From positions 221,493 to 285,492 of the forward strand of contig PLCF01000085.1 of the NCBI GenBank assembly GCA_003135555.1: a stretch of 64,000 bases of DNA. The letters are read 5' to 3'. Positions 59,771 to 64,000 of the stretch are shown here, piece after piece. The stretch comes from Vulcanimicrobiota bacterium. Its GTDB lineage: Bacteria > Vulcanimicrobiota > Vulcanimicrobiia > Vulcanimicrobiales > Vulcanimicrobiaceae. The notes beneath the pieces were generated by a model, which was not told where the DNA came from, did no database searches, and saw nothing but the letters and a program-made list of their open reading frames with translations. The number at the start of each line of letters is the position of its first letter. Positions within the stretch are counted from its first letter, which is position 1. The position numbers and the translations under genes are program-made.

Positions 59771-61098
59771 TGACCGGTGCGCCGCGGCTGGTTCGCGTCC
59801 TCGCTTTGCGCGATCTGATCGTCGTCGCGGCCGCGTCGATGGGCCCGGCCTTCTCGCTGGCGACGACGATGGCAGCGATGCTCGCGACGGCCGGGCGCTG
59901 GACCTGGCTGGCGCTGGCGCTCGTCGCGCTGCTGATGGCGATGATCGCGGTCGGCTACAAGCGTTTGGGCGAGCGGATGCGCGACGCGGGCTCCTCGTAT
60001 GCCTGGATTCGGGCGGCGTTCGGGCCTGAGGCCGGAGCCTACGGTGCGTGGGTGCTGCTCGTCGCAAACCTGTTCGCGGTGCTCGCGACGGCGCTGCCCG
60101 CCGGGACGTACACGCTCGATCTCGTCGCGCCGGCGCTGGCGCCCAACGGCCTCGCCGTCGCGCTCGTCGCCTGCGCTTGGATCGTCGCGGCGGCGTTGCT
60201 GCTGTGGTATGGCTTGCGTCCGACGGCGCTGGTGGCGTTCGCGCTGCTGGGGGCCGAGGTCGTCGTGCTCGCCGCAGCGGCCGGCCTGTCGGCTGCGCAC
60301 CCGCGCTCCGACGGCGTCGCCTTCGCCCCGCTGCCGCTGGGCTGGGGCGCTCTCGTGCCGGCGATGGTGGTTGGAATCTGGATGATCGACGGCTGGGAAG
60401 TCGCGGCTTCGACCGCCGAGGAGGCGCAGGGCGCGCCCTCGGTACCCGGTTGGGGTGGGCTCGCCGGGCTCGTCCTCACCAGCGCCGTCCTGCTGGGGGC
60501 GATCGCCGCGTTCGCGCGCATCGGCAGCGCGGCGGGGTTCGCCGCGCACGAGAGCGACGCGCTGGCATACGTCGGCGACCTGCTCGGCGGCGCGTGGCGG
60601 CCGGTCTTGACCGCCACCGTCCTGGTCTCGCTCGCCGCAGCGCTGCAGACGACGCTGGTCTACCTGACCCGCAGCATCTACGCGATGGGCCGCGACCGTT
60701 TGCTCCCGCGCGGCTTGGGCACGCTGGACAAGCGCTCCGAGCCGGCTGCCGCGATCGTCACGATCGCCGCCCTCTCGGCGCTCTTCGCGTTGCTCGCCGG
60801 CCTGTCGCCGACGGCCAAGGGCGCGTTCGGCGTGGCCTTGGCGGGGACGTCGTGGTTTCTGGGCCTGCTGTTCGTGCTGAGCGCCTTAGCCGCGGTCCGC
60901 TTCTTCGCTTCGCAGGGAACCGCACGCTGGTCGGGAGCCGTTGTGCCGGGGACGGCGGCGCTGGCGTTGAGCGTGATCCTGGCGCTAGGGTTCGCGGCGG
61001 ACGATACCCTCACCAGGGGTTTCATCGCCGCCTCCGCAATCATCGGGCTTCCCCTAGCGCTCTGGCGCGGATGGGCCCTTCGCCGGGCGCCGAACTAG
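59770..61098 (+). CDS. APC-family permease
   Basis: MGPAFS, AGSSYAW, GWE...TAEE, RSIYAMGRD; about 12 TM segments. Confidence 0.75.
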   Translation: MTGAPRLVRVLALRDLIVVAAASMGPAFSLATTMAAMLATAGRWTWLALALVALLMAMIAVGYKRLGERMRDAGSSYAWIRAAFGPEAGAYGAWVLLVANLFAVLATALPAGTYTLDLVAPALAPNGLAVALVACAWIVAAALLLWYGLRPTALVAFALLGAEVVVLAAAAGLSAAHPRSDGVAFAPLPLGWGALVPAMVVGIWMIDGWEVAASTAEEAQGAPSVPGWGGLAGLVLTSAVLLGAIAAFARIGSAAGFAAHESDALAYVGDLLGGAWRPVLTATVLVSLAAALQTTLVYLTRSIYAMGRDRLLPRGLGTLDKRSEPAAAIVTIAALSALFALLAGLSPTAKGAFGVALAGTSWFLGLLFVLSALAAVRFFASQGTARWSGAVVPGTAALALSVILALGFAADDTLTRGFIAASAIIGLPLALWRGWALRRAPN

Positions 61099-61125
61099 GG
61101 GCGAATCACGTATCGGGAGTCGCTT

Positions 61126-61629
61126 TTGAACGACAAAGAAATCGTTTTGACCCGGGATGGGCTCAAGAAGCTCGAGGAAGAGCTCGACGAGCTCAAGAGC
61201 GTCCATCGCCGCGAGGTCAACGAACGCATCCGTCAAGCCAAAGAGTTCGGCGACATCTCTGAAAACGCCGAGTACGAGGACGCGAAGCAAGAGCAGGCCT
61301 TCGTCGAAGGACGCATCCTCAAGCTCGAGGCGATGATCCGCAACGCCCGCGTCATCGATGCCAGCGACTACGTCGCCGACGAGGTCCACCTCGGCGCGAC
61401 GATCCGCGTGAAGGAAACCAACTCGAGCACTTCGCGCGACTTCACCATCGTCGGGTCGGCCGAGGCCGATCCCAAGAACGCGCGGCTCTCGAACGAGTCG
61501 CCGCTGGGGCGTGCGGTGATGGGCCGCAAGAAAGGCGAGACCGTCGACGTCGCGACGCCCAGCGGTTTGAAGAAATACAAGATCGAGTCGATCAACAAGG
61601 ATCCCAAGAAGACCAAGAAGGCGTCGTAG
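61126..61629 (+). CDS. greA: Transcription elongation factor GreA
   Basis: LTRDG..KLEEEL, FGDISENAEY, SNESPLG. Confidence 0.95.
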   Translation: MNDKEIVLTRDGLKKLEEELDELKSVHRREVNERIRQAKEFGDISENAEYEDAKQEQAFVEGRILKLEAMIRNARVIDASDYVADEVHLGATIRVKETNSSTSRDFTIVGSAEADPKNARLSNESPLGRAVMGRKKGETVDVATPSGLKKYKIESINKDPKKTKKAS

Positions 61630-61665
61630 CTTCAGCCGGCACGCTAGTGCTAGAACCTGCTTTCG

Positions 61666-63465
61666 ATGGATAACCTGATCCAATCGCATCGTGCGAGGCT
61701 TGAGAATCTCCGCGGGCTGGGCGTTGATCCATTCGCTGCCAGGCGATTTGAAGTCACCGCGCATGCAGCAAGCTTGGCGGAACGGTATGAGATGCTTCCG
61801 CCACAAGGTCGCGACGAGATCGATAGCTGGGCTGTCGCCGGTCGCATCATGGCCGTGCGCCGACAGGGCGGCGTAATATTCTTTGATCTGCACGATCGGA
61901 CAGGGCGGTTTCAACTTTTTGTCCGCAGGGACGACGTCGGTAACGAAGACTTTGCGATTGCGAAGGAGCTTGAGCGAGGAGATATCGTTGGGGCGGCCGG
62001 TTTTGTTTTTCGCACCAAAGCTGGAGACTTGGCACTCTACTTAAAGTCTTTGGAAGTACTCGGGAAATTGCTGCGACCGCTGCCCGACAAATGGCACGGT
62101 TTGCAAGACATCGAGAAGCGATATCGTCAACGCTATGTGGATCTCCTAGTCAACCCCGATGTGCGCGATCTGATGATAACGCGCTCTCGCATTGTTGCGG
62201 AGATGCGCCGTTTCATCGATGCTGAGGGATTTCTGGAAGTTGAGACGCCGACGTTGCTAAACGTCGCCGGCGGAGCATCTGCGCGTCCATTTTTTACGCA
62301 TTCAAATGCGCTTAATATCCCGCTTAGTTTGCGAATCGCAACGGAGTTATACCTCAAACGCCTGATTGTTGGAGGGATGGAGCGCGTTTACGAAATCGGT
62401 CGTATTTGGCGCAATGAAGGAATCGATACAACACACAATCCTGAGTTTACGATGCTGGAGCTATACGCGGCATTTTGGGACGTTAGCGACATGATGCTCT
62501 TTAACGAGCGTCTTATGGCACATCTTGCAAACGTAGTTCACGGTAGTGAGACCGTAGTGCACGGCGACGATGTGCTATCGTTCGCACCCCCATTTCGCCG
62601 GATCGGATATCTCGAGGCATTTGCGGAGTACGGGGGGATCGAGCGGGAGCGGTTGCTCGATGCTCAAGCGTGCACTCGATTGCTGAGCGAGTTCGGTATG
62701 CCTGCCTCTCCAACCCACGCTCATGCGCTCGACAAGTTGTTCGAGCGAATCGTTGAACCCCGGCTCTTGCAACCCACGTTCGTCTACGGATATCCGGTGT
62801 TGCTTTCCCCGCTGGCGAAGAGAATGAAAGATGATCCACAGTTGACCGAGCGGTATGAGCTTTTTGCCGGCCACATGGAGCTTGCGAATGCGTTTACCGA
62901 ACTCAATGATCCCGACGATCAGCGGCGCCGATTTGAATCGCAATTGGGCGAGCGCGCAGCCGGAGACGCTGAGGTCCCGCCGGCCGATTGGGACTTCGTG
63001 ACAGCCCTCGAGTACGGCATGCCCCCGACGGCCGGAATTGGGGTCGGTATCGACCGCCTCGTCATGATGTTAACTGACAAGACGTCAATTAGAGACGTAT
63101 TACTCTTCCCGCTGCAGCGCCCGCTCCCCGACCTTATCGCGTTCAACCGTCGCGGCCTAGTGCGGTCAGCGCTACGGGACCCCGAGGTTGTGGTTGACGT
63201 CCTCTCCGCGTCCCCTGAGATTAGGGTTGCTCATAAGACCACGGGCCAAATGACCCGAGTTCTTCTATACGAATCCGACAGCTTTCCGTTGATGGATTTT
63301 GTAACGACTGCTTCGCCAATCTCTCATCAGCTGTTGTCCGATATCATGAAATGGTCCGCCCATATTTCGGCGAACGCGGGGAAGAGTCCACCAGCGGGCG
63401 AGCAACAAAATTCCGATACTGTTGCTGCCCCTAGCGATAGCGCCACACCACTGAACGAAGGATAA
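61666..63465 (+). CDS. lysS: Lysine--tRNA ligase (class II) with a C-terminal extension
   Basis: AGRIM, LPDKWHGL, YRQRY, EVETP, LRIATEL, RNEG..HNPEF, ELANAF, YGMPP, GIDRL, DVLLFP; about 113 extra codons follow. Confidence 0.92.
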   Translation: MDNLIQSHRARLENLRGLGVDPFAARRFEVTAHAASLAERYEMLPPQGRDEIDSWAVAGRIMAVRRQGGVIFFDLHDRTGRFQLFVRRDDVGNEDFAIAKELERGDIVGAAGFVFRTKAGDLALYLKSLEVLGKLLRPLPDKWHGLQDIEKRYRQRYVDLLVNPDVRDLMITRSRIVAEMRRFIDAEGFLEVETPTLLNVAGGASARPFFTHSNALNIPLSLRIATELYLKRLIVGGMERVYEIGRIWRNEGIDTTHNPEFTMLELYAAFWDVSDMMLFNERLMAHLANVVHGSETVVHGDDVLSFAPPFRRIGYLEAFAEYGGIERERLLDAQACTRLLSEFGMPASPTHAHALDKLFERIVEPRLLQPTFVYGYPVLLSPLAKRMKDDPQLTERYELFAGHMELANAFTELNDPDDQRRRFESQLGERAAGDAEVPPADWDFVTALEYGMPPTAGIGVGIDRLVMMLTDKTSIRDVLLFPLQRPLPDLIAFNRRGLVRSALRDPEVVVDVLSASPEIRVAHKTTGQMTRVLLYESDSFPLMDFVTTASPISHQLLSDIMKWSAHISANAGKSPPAGEQQNSDTVAAPSDSATPLNEG

Positions 63466-63467
63466 AG

Positions 63468-63890
63468 ATGTTCGTCACGTCGATGCTCGCCGATGCGGCG
63501 CAAGTGAACATGGGTAAGCTGTACATATTGGGCGGCAATATCGATAATATCCCTGCCGGCTTCCCCTTTGCGCTGGTTCTTATTGTTGACGTTGATTGGG
63601 ACGAGACAAACAAACGACATGACCTGATCGTTAGCCTCGTTGACGGCGACGGTGCTATGACGTTTCTTCCGGGCCCGGCCGGTAGTCAGCCATTCGAGTT
63701 TAAATCACAGTTCGAGCTAGGGCGCCCTCCAGGCGTGCCAACTGGTGTACAGATGCGGCTACCAATCACGCTTTCAATACCAGGACTACAGGTATCCCCA
63801 GGTCGCTACCAATTTCGCGTGTCTGTCAAGGGGCAGCGGAATCCCCAGTGGGATTGCGCGTTCTCAATTACACAGCTGCCCCCACAATGA
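63468..63890 (+). CDS. Hypothetical all-beta protein (DUF6941-like)
   Basis: LADAA...GKLYILGG, PGRY; begins 2 nt after lysS with a GAAGGA RBS; AT-richer codons. Confidence 0.6.
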   Translation: MFVTSMLADAAQVNMGKLYILGGNIDNIPAGFPFALVLIVDVDWDETNKRHDLIVSLVDGDGAMTFLPGPAGSQPFEFKSQFELGRPPGVPTGVQMRLPITLSIPGLQVSPGRYQFRVSVKGQRNPQWDCAFSITQLPPQ

Positions 63891-64000
63891 CAGGGCCCGC
63901 TAGTGCGCGCCGCCCAGTGAGGCATTAGGTGCTGCGCGTCAGGGCTAGGCGTTGCAGTATATTCAAGTCAAAATGTGGGTGAAGTGACCCCGCGGTTTCT

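Overview
A gene-dense, very GC-rich bacterial chromosome segment with about 55 CDS and no rRNA, canonical tRNA, CRISPR array, integrase or transposase. A TonB-dependent receptor together with Gram-positive-type (Cheo) SOS boxes points to a diderm Terrabacteria member, plausibly Eremiobacterota/Vulcanimicrobiota (inference). From left to right: (1) a minus-strand surface-glycan locus (WbdD-like methyltransferase-kinase, DegT aminotransferase, GT2, sulfotransferase-like, GT77-like, GT90) directly downstream of three tandem mosaic copies of a secreted beta-helix protein, each with a conserved 53-nt leader and its own terminator; (2) kamDE lysine 5,6-aminomutase; (3) dacB-SIS-hydrolase genes; (4) an unusual sugar cluster (ThDP enzyme, aldolase, SDR, DHQS-like cyclase, GtrB-like GT, epimerase, rfbH), then PilZ-gmd-rmd; (5) thiolase/hbd/acyl-CoA dehydrogenase, sucCD and the TonB-dependent receptor; (6) divergent LysM/lexA with two SOS boxes; (7) panC-coaBC-coaX, M13 peptidase, dusB; (8) class III aminotransferase, START protein and acyl-ACP-reductase-like genes (candidate alkylamine-lipid pathway) surrounding an unannotated, circularly permuted tRNA-like RNA that resembles a bacterial Y RNA; (9) greA followed by a compositionally foreign lysS with a C-terminal extension. 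Functions were assigned by eye from motifs; no database searches were run, and several start codons are my estimates.
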